A stretch of 64,000 nucleotides of DNA, taken from positions 64,001-128,000 of the forward strand of contig JBLWTJ010000003.1 in assembly GCA_048270185.1 (NCBI GenBank), written 5' to 3'. The stretch's first letter is position 1, and every line of letters begins with the position of its first letter. Below are positions 48,626 through 57,892 of this stretch, one piece after another. The stretch is from Bacteriovoracaceae bacterium (GTDB taxonomy: Bacteria; Bdellovibrionota; Bacteriovoracia; Bacteriovoracales; Bacteriovoracaceae). The position numbers and the translations under genes were made by a program. The notes below the pieces were generated by a model. It was given only the letters and a program-made list of their open reading frames with translations, did not search any database and was not told the DNA's origin.

Positions 48626-49603
48626 ATGATTAGGGGTTTGGCCTTGGAGAAACTTAAAGATATTAACTGGAATCACCTTTATTGCTTCTATGAAGTTGCC
48701 AAGGTGCAGTCTTTGAAAAAAGGCGCACAAATTATTGGAACTTCGTCTCCAACTCTGAGTGAACAATTAAAGAGACTTGAAAATAAATTCAATATGAAGC
48801 TTTTTCATCGTAGTTCTAAGGGATTAAGTCTTACACCTGAGGGAACACTTCTCTTTGAAAAAACCAAAGGTATATTTGAAGAGGGAAGTAAGCTCCTTGA
48901 GCACTTTTCTGAGGATGTTGTAGGAGGTTATCCTGTCTCTATTGGCATAGAGGAGACGATCTCTCACGACTTGGCCACAGAGTTTGCCTCTCAGTATTGG
49001 GACCTATACACAAAGTACGGAACAGTTAATACTATTCGCCAAAGTGATCACGATATTCTCATTGATAATCTCTTGCGTGGAAATATTGACTGGGGAATTT
49101 CACTAAGAAAACCTAAGAGGAAGTCTCTTGAAGTAGCAGAGATCGGTTCATTTGAAATTGTCTTTTGTTGCTCAGAAGAGTTATTTAATAAATTTAAAGA
49201 CGTAAAAGATCTACTTGTTAATATTCCATTTGCAGAAAGTAATTGGGATAAAACTCTCAACAAGGTTATCTTTCAACACTTAAGAAAGAATGGTGTTGTT
49301 CCAAAAGAGAAGATCTACAGCGACCATATCGATTTTGTTCATAAACTCTGTGCTCGTGGACGTTGTGTCATGTTTCTGCCACGAAATCCACTAGAGGGCT
49401 ATGAGGGTATTAAAACTTTTCAATTAGATGAGCCACTAAAAATGTCTCTCTATGCTATTTGGAAGAAGTCTGATGAAGGACTTATTTCAATTCGTAAGTT
49501 ACAAGAGCTGTTTCAGACAAAATTATCGAATGTTCCAAAGCGCTATGAAGATGTGGACCTTCAAATTGAAGTTTCAGATGTTTCTGAAGATCTACTGCGT
49601 TAG
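48626..49603 (+). CDS. LysR-family transcriptional regulator (NhaR-like N-terminus)
   Basis: INWNHLYCFYEVA...SPTLSEQLKRLE...LFHR...LTPEG. Confidence 0.9.
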   Translation: MIRGLALEKLKDINWNHLYCFYEVAKVQSLKKGAQIIGTSSPTLSEQLKRLENKFNMKLFHRSSKGLSLTPEGTLLFEKTKGIFEEGSKLLEHFSEDVVGGYPVSIGIEETISHDLATEFASQYWDLYTKYGTVNTIRQSDHDILIDNLLRGNIDWGISLRKPKRKSLEVAEIGSFEIVFCCSEELFNKFKDVKDLLVNIPFAESNWDKTLNKVIFQHLRKNGVVPKEKIYSDHIDFVHKLCARGRCVMFLPRNPLEGYEGIKTFQLDEPLKMSLYAIWKKSDEGLISIRKLQELFQTKLSNVPKRYEDVDLQIEVSDVSEDLLR

Positions 49604-49671
49604 GACTCATTAAATTCTATTGGTAAAAAAGTTCGAGACATTTAAAACATTATCTTGCTAGAATCTGCTCG

Positions 49672-49959
49672 ATGTTAAGATTATTTAAGTATCTATTCAT
49701 TGCAATTTTCTTTGTTGCCTTTCTGGGGATTACAACTCACTCCCATGACGATGTTCATGAAAATGAGCGTATCCACCAAGCATGTACACTGTGTCTTCAT
49801 GTTACTCACACAATTGCCCTCGATGGACTTGATTCTCAAGATAGTGAGCTAGCAGATATTGACCTGCTCTATAATCAATTACCGTCAATATTCGTTTCTC
49901 CAATAATTTCTTCTCAGATTAATTTTTCATGCCGTAGTCGCGCACCTCCTGTTGTTTAA
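49672..49959 (+). CDS. DUF2946/CruR-like leader protein with His cluster, CxxC and C-terminal RAPP motif
   Basis: TM/signal segment, HSHDDVH, CTLC, SRAPPVV-stop; directly upstream of a metal uptake operon. Confidence 0.75.
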   Translation: MLRLFKYLFIAIFFVAFLGITTHSHDDVHENERIHQACTLCLHVTHTIALDGLDSQDSELADIDLLYNQLPSIFVSPIISSQINFSCRSRAPPVV

Positions 49960-50013
49960 TTAATTATTTTATTTTCTATTTTTAAATTTTAATTAATTAA
50001 CAAAGAGGTTACT

Positions 50014-51090
50014 TTGAAAAACTTTTTATATATTTCTATTTTATTACTTAACGCGCAAGTTTTTGCACAATCACTATCAAAAAACTCAAGAGGAAGCAGC
50101 TTCAATCCGGCCATCGGTCTAAATGCTCTTACTCTTTATAAGAACTCTAGCCGTGACAATCACGAAGATGGATTTCAACTTCAAGAAGCTGAACTTCAAT
50201 TTAGTGCGGATGTCGATGCTTACTTTAGAGCTGAGGCAACAATTGGAATTCACAAAGAGCATCATGAGGACGATGCAGCTGAAGAAGAGCATGGGTATGT
50301 TGTTGAACCTGAAGAGATCTTTGTTGAGACAATTTCAATTCCAGCAGTAACGATTAAGGCCGGGAAATTCTATACACAATTTGGAAAGTACAATATGGTT
50401 CACACTCATGCTCAACCATTTATTTACCGTGGTGTTGTTCAAGAGTATATGTTTGGACACGAAGGTCTTTCTGAAGTAGGTGTAAGTTTATCTTACCTCG
50501 CACCACTTCCATGGTTTAGCGATATCACTGTTCAAGTCCTACAGCCTACAAACGAAGAGTTATTTGAAGAGTGTCATCACTGTATTGCAACTGTTGCTAA
50601 TGTGAAGAATCTTTGGGATCTGTCTGACTCACTGACGTTAGAGTGGGGACTTTCTGGATTATATGCAGATAATGAAAATCATGATTCAGGACTTGATGAA
50701 AAAGTAACTGTTCTTGGCTCAGACCTTACATTCAAATGGCGACCAGTTAAAAATGGTAAAGACGCTTCTTTTATTTGGTCAACAGAGTTCATCCATAGAA
50801 ATCTTGAAGGAACTAAGGATGAGAAAAATGGTGGTGTTTCATCATTTATTCGCTACCAGCTATCTCAACGTTGGTATGCATCGGCCCAGTATGAATTCCT
50901 AGGTCTTGGAAAGGATGAGAATTTAGCAGATCAAAATGTTTACACAGGAGCACTATCTTTTGTTCCAACTGAGTTTTCAGCAGTTAGACTCCAGTATGAC
51001 CAGATTCATGATGGTGAAGAAAGAGAAGAGAGAAGAGTTTCAATGCAATTAAGCTTTAGCATTGGTGCTCACCCTGCACACGTTTACTAG
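50014..51090 (+). CDS. Porin-like outer-membrane protein associated with Zn/Mn uptake
   Basis: FNPAIG, FQLQEAEL..SADVDAY, His/acidic loop HKEHHEDD, C-terminal FSIGAHPAHVY; TTG start with GAGG RBS. Confidence 0.75.
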   Translation: MKNFLYISILLLNAQVFAQSLSKNSRGSSFNPAIGLNALTLYKNSSRDNHEDGFQLQEAELQFSADVDAYFRAEATIGIHKEHHEDDAAEEEHGYVVEPEEIFVETISIPAVTIKAGKFYTQFGKYNMVHTHAQPFIYRGVVQEYMFGHEGLSEVGVSLSYLAPLPWFSDITVQVLQPTNEELFEECHHCIATVANVKNLWDLSDSLTLEWGLSGLYADNENHDSGLDEKVTVLGSDLTFKWRPVKNGKDASFIWSTEFIHRNLEGTKDEKNGGVSSFIRYQLSQRWYASAQYEFLGLGKDENLADQNVYTGALSFVPTEFSAVRLQYDQIHDGEEREERRVSMQLSFSIGAHPAHVY

Positions 51091-51099
51091 GAGTATTAT

Positions 51100-51975
51100 A
51101 TGAAGTTACTAATAAGCTTATTAGTAAGTTTTAATATTTTTGCTTCGTTAAATGTTGTGACAACGACTTCTAATTTGGCCGCTGTTGCCAAAGAAATTGG
51201 GGGAGATAAGATTGATATTATCTCCCTTGCTAAAGGAAGTCAGGACCCACATTTTCTTGAAGCAAAACCAAGTTATACTTTTAAAGTAGCTAGGGCTGAT
51301 TTACTTATTAGTGTTGGCGCTGAATTAGAGATTGGTTGGCTTCCTCTTATTGTGAGAGGAAGTCGTAATCCTAAGTTAAGAGAGGGGAATATTGGTCGCC
51401 TTGTTGTCGCTGATAATATCGAACTAATTAAAGAGCATTCTGGTCCAATTTCACGTGCTCAAGGTGATGTTCACCCCGAGGGAAATCCTCACTTAATGCT
51501 TGGGCCTTCAAATAGTATCAAGGTTGCAAAGTTGATCCTTGATCGCTTTAGTAAACTTGATGCAGAAAATACTAAGTTCTACCAAGATCGCTTTGAAAGT
51601 TTTTCTAAGCGAATGAATAATCTCATCCTTGAGCTGAGAAAGAGTATTGTGGAAGGTAAGAAAATAATTACTTATCATCGAACACTGACTTACTTTCTTG
51701 CTGAGTTTGGTGTGAATACCTTGGAAGTCCTTGAACCAAAGCCAGGTATACCTCCGACAGCATCACATATTATCAATGTTATTAATATTGTTAAAACAAA
51801 TAAGCTTGATCGTATCATTGTTGAGAATTACTTTGATACTAGTGTTGCTCATCGAGTAAAGAAATCTGTCCCATCGATTAAAATTTTCAGTGTTCCTGTT
51901 GCCGTTAATGGCGATAAGGAGTCTGGTGATATCTTTAAGCTTTATCGCCAGATTGCAAAGGCATTGGTGAAGTAG
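51100..51975 (+). CDS. ZnuA/TroA-family metal ABC substrate-binding protein
   Basis: QDPHFLEAKP, GDVHPEGNPH, YHRT, EPKPGIPPT. Confidence 0.9.
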   Translation: MKLLISLLVSFNIFASLNVVTTTSNLAAVAKEIGGDKIDIISLAKGSQDPHFLEAKPSYTFKVARADLLISVGAELEIGWLPLIVRGSRNPKLREGNIGRLVVADNIELIKEHSGPISRAQGDVHPEGNPHLMLGPSNSIKVAKLILDRFSKLDAENTKFYQDRFESFSKRMNNLILELRKSIVEGKKIITYHRTLTYFLAEFGVNTLEVLEPKPGIPPTASHIINVINIVKTNKLDRIIVENYFDTSVAHRVKKSVPSIKIFSVPVAVNGDKESGDIFKLYRQIAKALVK

Positions 51976-52781
51976 TGGAAGTTCTAAGTTTCTTGGCCGC
52001 ACCATTTGTTATGTGTCTGATACTGGTAGGGATTCACTGCTATCTAGGACTTCACGTACTTAAAAGGGGAGTGATCTTTGTTGATCTCTCCCTGGCCCAA
52101 GTGGCCAGTCTTGGTTCCACTGTTGCCTTACTCTTTCACTTAGATCATCACAGTCCTCTTAATTACTTTATCTCATTAGGATTTACTTTCTGTGCGGCCG
52201 CTTACTTTGCATGGTCAAAGAAGTATGAAAAGTATATTTCACAAGAAGTCTTAATTGCTCTTGTTTATGCTTTTGCTTCTTCTGCTGTTATTTTAGTTGT
52301 TAATATGATGGCCCACGGGGCAGAGCATATTAAAGAAATTCTTATTGGAAAAATTCTTTGGGTAAGTTGGTCAGATGTTTTTAAAACAGGGGCCATCTAT
52401 AGTATTGTGGCCTTACTCCACTATATTTTTCGCAAACAATTATTTGCCGCGACTCATGAAGAGAAAGGTCAATCGGCCTTTTGGGATTTTCTCTTCTTTG
52501 CACTTTTTGGAGTTGTTATCACTTCATCTGTAGGAATTGCAGGGATTCTTCTCGTTTTCTCTTTCTTAGTTGTGCCAGCATTACTGAGCACCTTGATGAT
52601 GAAGACAATCAAGTCTCAGCTTCTTCTTGGTTGGGCAATAGGAAGTATACTCTCGCTCTTTGGAATGGCCTTAAGTTACTTCTTAGACCTTCCAGCTGGA
52701 GCTATTATTGTGGTGGTCTTCACTTGTGTTCCACTTATCAGTGTTCCATTCTTAATTAAGTTTAAAATAAGCCGTACCTAA
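51975..52781 (+). CDS. ZnuB-like metal ABC permease (ABC-3)
   Basis: HCYLGLHVLKRGVIFVDLSLAQ, GILLVFSFLVVPA, DLPAGA. Confidence 0.88.
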   Translation: MEVLSFLAAPFVMCLILVGIHCYLGLHVLKRGVIFVDLSLAQVASLGSTVALLFHLDHHSPLNYFISLGFTFCAAAYFAWSKKYEKYISQEVLIALVYAFASSAVILVVNMMAHGAEHIKEILIGKILWVSWSDVFKTGAIYSIVALLHYIFRKQLFAATHEEKGQSAFWDFLFFALFGVVITSSVGIAGILLVFSFLVVPALLSTLMMKTIKSQLLLGWAIGSILSLFGMALSYFLDLPAGAIIVVVFTCVPLISVPFLIKFKISRT

Positions 52782-52799
52782 TGGGTGCGGTAATTTTTT
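52771..52799 (+). terminator. Probable intrinsic terminator after the permease
   Basis: CCGTACC-loop-GGTGCGG stem followed by TAATTTTTT. Confidence 0.5.
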
Positions 52800-52873
52800 A
52801 GCTTTTTCTTTAGTTTACTATTTCACTTATCTGTTCGATGCGCCTGTTAAATATTTTAACAATCGGAGGAAAG

Positions 52874-53293
52874 ATGAAATTTATTATCCTAATGGTTTTC
52901 TTTATCACAACGGCATTTGCTTCAAAGGATTTAGGTGTTGTAACTGGAATTAGTATTACAGGTGAGATGGTCAGTTGTAAGAGTGATTCGACACCACAGT
53001 TTTGTACCATGGAGATTCAAATTGGTGATCTCTACGCTTATGAATGTCGTCAAAGAGGCCTAAAGGCACATCAATGTGCATGTCACGAATTTATCTGTTT
53101 AGAGGATGTTCAAGAAGAACAGATCTTTATTGGTGTTGATATCAATGGTGATGTCAGAGGTTGTTACGCCATGGACAAGAGAGTCAAGTGTAGTGAGGTT
53201 TTCGATTCGAATGATTTCTTTGCAGCTAATTGTCGAGAAGAAGGAAATGTGGCCATTCAATGTGGATGTCACGACTATATTTGTGTCAAATAA
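52874..53293 (+). CDS. Secreted protein with two tandem six-Cys repeats; start 52874
   Basis: RBS GGAGG; signal peptide; repeats each ending QCxCHxxIC. Confidence 0.75.
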   Translation: MKFIILMVFFITTAFASKDLGVVTGISITGEMVSCKSDSTPQFCTMEIQIGDLYAYECRQRGLKAHQCACHEFICLEDVQEEQIFIGVDINGDVRGCYAMDKRVKCSEVFDSNDFFAANCREEGNVAIQCGCHDYICVK

Positions 53294-53410
53294 TTACATT
53301 TGAAATTTAACCAAACTTAAATTCTCATTTTTTATTTATCGGGCCATAACTTTTGTATGAATTATTTAATACACTTCGATGGTTGAAGTGGTTTTAGGAG
53401 CAAGGAAGTT

Positions 53411-53614
53411 ATGAATACGGAACAAACGGGAAAGGTTAAATTTTTTAATGAAGCAAAAGGATTTGGATTTATTAAGCCGGATAGTGGGGACGGCGATTTA
53501 TTTGTTCATATTTCTGCAATTGAAAGTGGCAAATTAAATAATAATGACAAAGTTGCTTACTTGATTACTGAGGGGAAGCGTGGCCTATGTGCGACGCAAG
53601 TAAAAAAGATTTAA
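53411..53614 (+). CDS. csp: Cold-shock protein
   Basis: [24 protein letters not shown]. Confidence 0.95.
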   Translation: MNTEQTGKVKFFNEAKGFGFIKPDSGDGDLFVHISAIESGKLNNNDKVAYLITEGKRGLCATQVKKI

Positions 53615-53628
53615 CATCAATCGAGGTG

Positions 53629-53648
53629 TGAGGGGTTACAACCCCTCA
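53629..53648. terminator. Stem-loop between convergent genes
   Basis: TGAGGGGTT-AC-AACCCCTCA. Confidence 0.5.
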
Positions 53649-54043
53649 ACATCTTTACAAGACCAATCAAATGAATGAACCCCGTATTCTGGAATTCTCG
53701 CAAAGGTCCAAATATTTCCATCAATACCTTTACTTATATGATCGAGTCTAATTCTGAAATTACCTGTTGTGAAAGCTTCAACTTTTGCATCATACTTTGG
53801 ACGATAATTTACTTTTGTAAAATATGAATACTCTTTTGCTTGATTGATATCTTCGACAAAGACTTCAACTTCGTGGAAGACTCTTGTTCCTAACTTTGAT
53901 TCATAAATTAGGGCATCTGTTACTTTCGATTTTGTGTCATAATTGACACAATGATAGAGTGCCTGTCTTTTTGGATTAAGTCCCGCATAAGTATCTGCCA
54001 TAAATGCAATTGCTACAGCTAAGAGTAGTAAATTCTTCTTCAT
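53636..54043 (-). CDS. Secreted hypothetical protein
   Basis: Signal peptide; Cys near each end (YHC...WSC); RBS GGGAG. Confidence 0.7.
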   Translation of the reverse strand: MKKNLLLLAVAIAFMADTYAGLNPKRQALYHCVNYDTKSKVTDALIYESKLGTRVFHEVEVFVEDINQAKEYSYFTKVNYRPKYDAKVEAFTTGNFRIRLDHISKGIDGNIWTFARIPEYGVHSFDWSCKDVEGL

Positions 54044-54149
54044 TATTTCTCCCTGATAATATTACATTTTATACGACATTAAACTTAAGCGAAATTAACT
54101 CCGTGCGTGAGCATTTTCTTCCGAATCAATTAGTTAATAGGAGGCCGTG

Positions 54150-54317
54150 ATGGAGTTTTTACAGATTCTACTTTTAATTACTAGTGCATATTTTATTTGG
54201 AGAAGACCAGAAAAGCAGGTTGCAGCTGAGAGATTACTCTATGGTGCCGCTTTTATCATGCTCTTTGTGTGGTTTGTAGCAACAAAACATATGATCTTAC
54301 CTCCTGGTAATTATTAG
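54150..54317 (+). CDS. dba: Dba-like DsbI accessory membrane protein, 55 aa (not in the ORF track)
   Basis: MEFLQILLLITSAYFIWRRPEKQVAAERLLYGAAFIMLFVWFVATKHMILPPGNY; RBS AGGAGG; MEFL..RRPEK pattern and position as in Campylobacter dba-dsbI. Confidence 0.8.
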   Translation: MEFLQILLLITSAYFIWRRPEKQVAAERLLYGAAFIMLFVWFVATKHMILPPGNY

Positions 54318-54329
54318 AGAGTCACTGAT

Positions 54330-55781
54330 ATGAAAAACCAAAGAATATACAGTGTAATAGCACTGGCAACAATCCTACTTCTCTTTATGCCAATTGGACT
54401 TTCTTCAGTAATGTTAGGAATTGGCCTTGGAGACAACCCCTGCATTCTATGCTGGCAAGAGAGAATGGCCATGATGCTAATTTCTGTTACCGGATTGTTT
54501 ATTATTCGATATGGACTTAGGCCTAAGTACCTGGCCCTAATGCTCTTCTTTTGTTGTTTTGGAATTTTTATGTCATTAAGACATGCTGGAGGACATTTCC
54601 TAAGAGATATCGGTCAAGGCTTTGCTTTGGAGGTATTTGGAATTCATACCTATACTTGGGGAGTGATCGTTTATTGGCTTACCCTTTTGGTGATCGCAAT
54701 TATTCTTGCTTTCTTTGGTAATGGCCTTGTCGATAATGAAGACGGTGAAATTCGTTATTTAACAAAATTTCAATCTTCTTCTTTTGTTGTTTTCTTCCTC
54801 GTTTTAAGTGTGAATGCTATACAGGCTTTTACTCAAGTTGGACCACCTCCTTTCTTGGGGCAAGGGGATCCAATTCGTTTTTCATGGGACCCAAAAGATT
54901 GGATATGGTCGACAAAGAAGTGGAATGGACTGATGGCCCCTTTAAGCTTTCGCGGTAATTATCATGTCGAATCACCACTTCGTGGCAATCGTATTTTTCG
55001 AGGTATTGCGATGTTTGAAAATGGTGATGATCTTCTCAAAGTAAAAGAAGTGGCACTGCCCGAAAGTATTGTAGGTGAAGTTAGGGATATGGACTATAAT
55101 CCGCAACAAAAGACGTTTGTCATAGTGACTGATAAATACTACGTCTATTTTCTTGATAGTAAACTAGAGAAGATAACGGCCTATGTTCACCTTGATCCTC
55201 TTTATTCCATTTCTATTAAAACTCTTGTTGGTGTTACTTTTATTTCACCAACGAGAGTCGTTGTCACTGGTTACAACAAATCATTTATTATTTTAAAACT
55301 TGATGAGAATGCAAAAATTAAAGATCAATATGCTAATTTCTTAGAAGGCAGTGATGGTATTCGTGAAATTCTTCGGGGCCGCTTTAGTACCGTAAGAGCA
55401 AAGTATTCTTATATACGATCTTTAACTTGGGATCGTCGTCGTAATGAACTAGTCTCTCTTACTGTTCCCAATAATAAGAATTCCAAAATTATCGCTTCAA
55501 ATTATTCAGATCAAGACTACGTATTAAATAGCGAAAAGGAAGTCTTTGTTAATGATGCAACTGCCGTTCCTATTATCACAAGTTTGAAAGTTCATAATTC
55601 AAGATTTTATGGACTAAATGCCGATGGCAAAGAGATTATTATTTCAGATAATGAGCTGGCAGGCTTTACGGGCTCCATTAAGTTACCACAGAAAGCAAAT
55701 TACAAGGCCATGGCCGTCTTTGATAGTGACCAATTTGTTATCATTGATGATAAGGTGGCCGGATTCTATATCAATAAGTAA
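54330..55781 (+). CDS. dsbI: DsbI-type DsbB-family disulfide bond formation protein with C-terminal beta-propeller
   Basis: GDNPCILCWQER, RDIGQGF, GIHTYTW, GPPPFLGQGDPIRFS. Confidence 0.88.
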   Translation: MKNQRIYSVIALATILLLFMPIGLSSVMLGIGLGDNPCILCWQERMAMMLISVTGLFIIRYGLRPKYLALMLFFCCFGIFMSLRHAGGHFLRDIGQGFALEVFGIHTYTWGVIVYWLTLLVIAIILAFFGNGLVDNEDGEIRYLTKFQSSSFVVFFLVLSVNAIQAFTQVGPPPFLGQGDPIRFSWDPKDWIWSTKKWNGLMAPLSFRGNYHVESPLRGNRIFRGIAMFENGDDLLKVKEVALPESIVGEVRDMDYNPQQKTFVIVTDKYYVYFLDSKLEKITAYVHLDPLYSISIKTLVGVTFISPTRVVVTGYNKSFIILKLDENAKIKDQYANFLEGSDGIREILRGRFSTVRAKYSYIRSLTWDRRRNELVSLTVPNNKNSKIIASNYSDQDYVLNSEKEVFVNDATAVPIITSLKVHNSRFYGLNADGKEIIISDNELAGFTGSIKLPQKANYKAMAVFDSDQFVIIDDKVAGFYINK

Positions 55782-55817
55782 CTAGACGTAGCGCACTATT
55801 TCTTATATGTTGAAGCC

Positions 55818-56852
55818 GTGAAGACTTCATTCTATCAATATACATTTCAACAACTTAGTGAGCTATTAAGTGAGAATCACTTTAATGTTTCGGCAGCTAA
55901 TATTCTTTATAATTGGTATTATAAAAAGAAGAATTCTCATGCTTTAAGTATTCAAGATATTGCTAAGAATACAATGAGCTTTATTAATGAATCTTTCGAA
56001 TTTTCTCTTCCTAAAATTATAACAGTTCTTGAGGCCAGTGATCGCACGGTGAAATTTCTCTTTGAACTTACCGATGGAAGTCGAGTTGAGAGTGTGCTTA
56101 TCCCATTTCATGGCAAGTATTCAATTTGTCTTTCATCACAAGTAGGCTGTGCAATGAAGTGTTCCTTTTGTTTCACTGGAACGCAGGGACTAAAACGCAA
56201 TCTTGAAACACATGAAATTGTAGGCCAGTTTTTGGCCGCTTGGCACTGGCTAAAAGAGCATCGCCCAAATGAAGTTCGCATTTTAAATATTGTCTTTATG
56301 GGGCAAGGAGAACCACTTCATAATTTTGATGAAGTGAAGAAGGCCTGTCAGATTTTCACATCTCAATATGGAACTTCTATCGGCTTTCAAAAGATCACAA
56401 TTTCGACAAGTGGTTACATTCCAGGGCTTAAGAGATGGAGGGATGAGATTCCAGGTGTTAATCTTGCTCTTTCACTGCATTCTCCTTTTGATCATATAAG
56501 AAATGAATTGATTCCAATAAATAAGCGTTATCCCTTAAATGAAGTTCTCGACTATATTGATGAGATACCTCTTCGAAATAAGCAATTTGTAACTTACGAA
56601 TATCTTGTTATTGATAATCTCAATGATGGCAGGGAAGATGCACTTGCTCTTGGTGAAATGTTAAAAGATCGACGTTCATTAATTAACTTAATTCCATTTA
56701 ATGAGTTTCCAGATTCAAGATATAAGAGGCCCTCAAATGAGAAAGTTGCAAATTTTAAGGCCATTCTTGATACCTTTAAAATCCCAACCCTAATTCGCGA
56801 TACTAAGGGTGATGATGTCCTTGCGGCCTGTGGGCAGCTCAATACTAAATAG
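55818..56852 (+). CDS. rlmN: RlmN-family radical SAM RNA methyltransferase
   Basis: ICLSSQVGCAMKCSFC, MGQGEP, LALSLH, NLIPFN, AACGQL. Confidence 0.9.
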   Translation: MKTSFYQYTFQQLSELLSENHFNVSAANILYNWYYKKKNSHALSIQDIAKNTMSFINESFEFSLPKIITVLEASDRTVKFLFELTDGSRVESVLIPFHGKYSICLSSQVGCAMKCSFCFTGTQGLKRNLETHEIVGQFLAAWHWLKEHRPNEVRILNIVFMGQGEPLHNFDEVKKACQIFTSQYGTSIGFQKITISTSGYIPGLKRWRDEIPGVNLALSLHSPFDHIRNELIPINKRYPLNEVLDYIDEIPLRNKQFVTYEYLVIDNLNDGREDALALGEMLKDRRSLINLIPFNEFPDSRYKRPSNEKVANFKAILDTFKIPTLIRDTKGDDVLAACGQLNTK

Positions 56853-56949
56853 TCTAAAATTAGATCAAGTTACCCGTAATCTTATTCTTTTATCTAGTCC
56901 GTTGCCGGAGTATGCTATTGGGGTAAGAAAATGAAAAAAGGAAAGAAAT

Positions 56950-57882
56950 ATGGGTAGATTAGTAGATGGTAAATGGCTTAAGACTTCAATTATCACTAGT
57001 GATAACGAAGGTGCTTATGACCGCATACCGCGTTCATTTAGAGAAACAATTTCTAAAGATCACGAAGTTTATCGGCCTGAATCTGGGCGCTATCACCTCT
57101 ATGTAAGTTACGCTTGTCCTTGGGCCCATCGTACATTGATTTTTAGGGCCTTAAAGGATCTTGAAGATCATATTGATGTTAGCGTTGTATGCCCAGATAT
57201 GCTTGATATGGGTTGGACTTTCAAAACGGACTTCCCTCAAAGTACTGGCGATAAGCTCTATGGCCATGAGTTCTTACAAGAACTTTATATCAAGGCCGAT
57301 CCACATGTTAGTACAAGTGTTACGGTACCTGTTCTATGGGATAAGAAAACCCAGACTATTGTTAATAATGAGTCTTCTGAAATCATTAGAATATTTAACT
57401 CGGCCTTTAATGAGCTAACAGGCAATCAAGATGACTATTATCCGGCCGAGCTAGCTAAAGAAGTTGATGAGTTAAATGACTTTATTTATCCAAATATTAA
57501 TAATGGTGTTTATCGTACCGGATTTGCTCGTACTCAAAAAGCCTATGATAAAGCTGTTGATTCATTATTTGATGCTCTTGATAAGATCGAAGATCGTCTC
57601 AAGGACAATAAATATTTAATTGGTCAGAGACTAACTGAAGCAGATTTTCGCTTAGTCACAACTCTTCTTCGTTTTGATGCAGTCTATGTGACTCACTTTA
57701 AATGCAATATTAGAAGAATTAAAGATTATAAAAATCTAAGTCGTTACATGAAAGACTTATATGAAATTGCTGCTGTTAAAGAGACAACAAATATCGAACA
57801 TATTAAAAGACATTACTATTATAGTCACGAAGACTTAAATCCTAATCGTATCGTGGCCAAGGGCCCGAGTGATATTTTTTAG
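56950..57882 (+). CDS. yqjG: Glutathionyl-hydroquinone reductase (YqjG/ECM4 GST)
   Basis: RYHLYVSYACPWAHRT, TVPVLWDKK, NNESSEI, NNGVYR, HIKRHYY. Confidence 0.93.
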   Translation: MGRLVDGKWLKTSIITSDNEGAYDRIPRSFRETISKDHEVYRPESGRYHLYVSYACPWAHRTLIFRALKDLEDHIDVSVVCPDMLDMGWTFKTDFPQSTGDKLYGHEFLQELYIKADPHVSTSVTVPVLWDKKTQTIVNNESSEIIRIFNSAFNELTGNQDDYYPAELAKEVDELNDFIYPNINNGVYRTGFARTQKAYDKAVDSLFDALDKIEDRLKDNKYLIGQRLTEADFRLVTTLLRFDAVYVTHFKCNIRRIKDYKNLSRYMKDLYEIAAVKETTNIEHIKRHYYYSHEDLNPNRIVAKGPSDIF

Positions 57883-57892
57883 GGAGAAAGAG

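Noticed and set aside
52874..53293. c-type cytochrome
   Set aside because: Motifs are CxCH, not CxxCH
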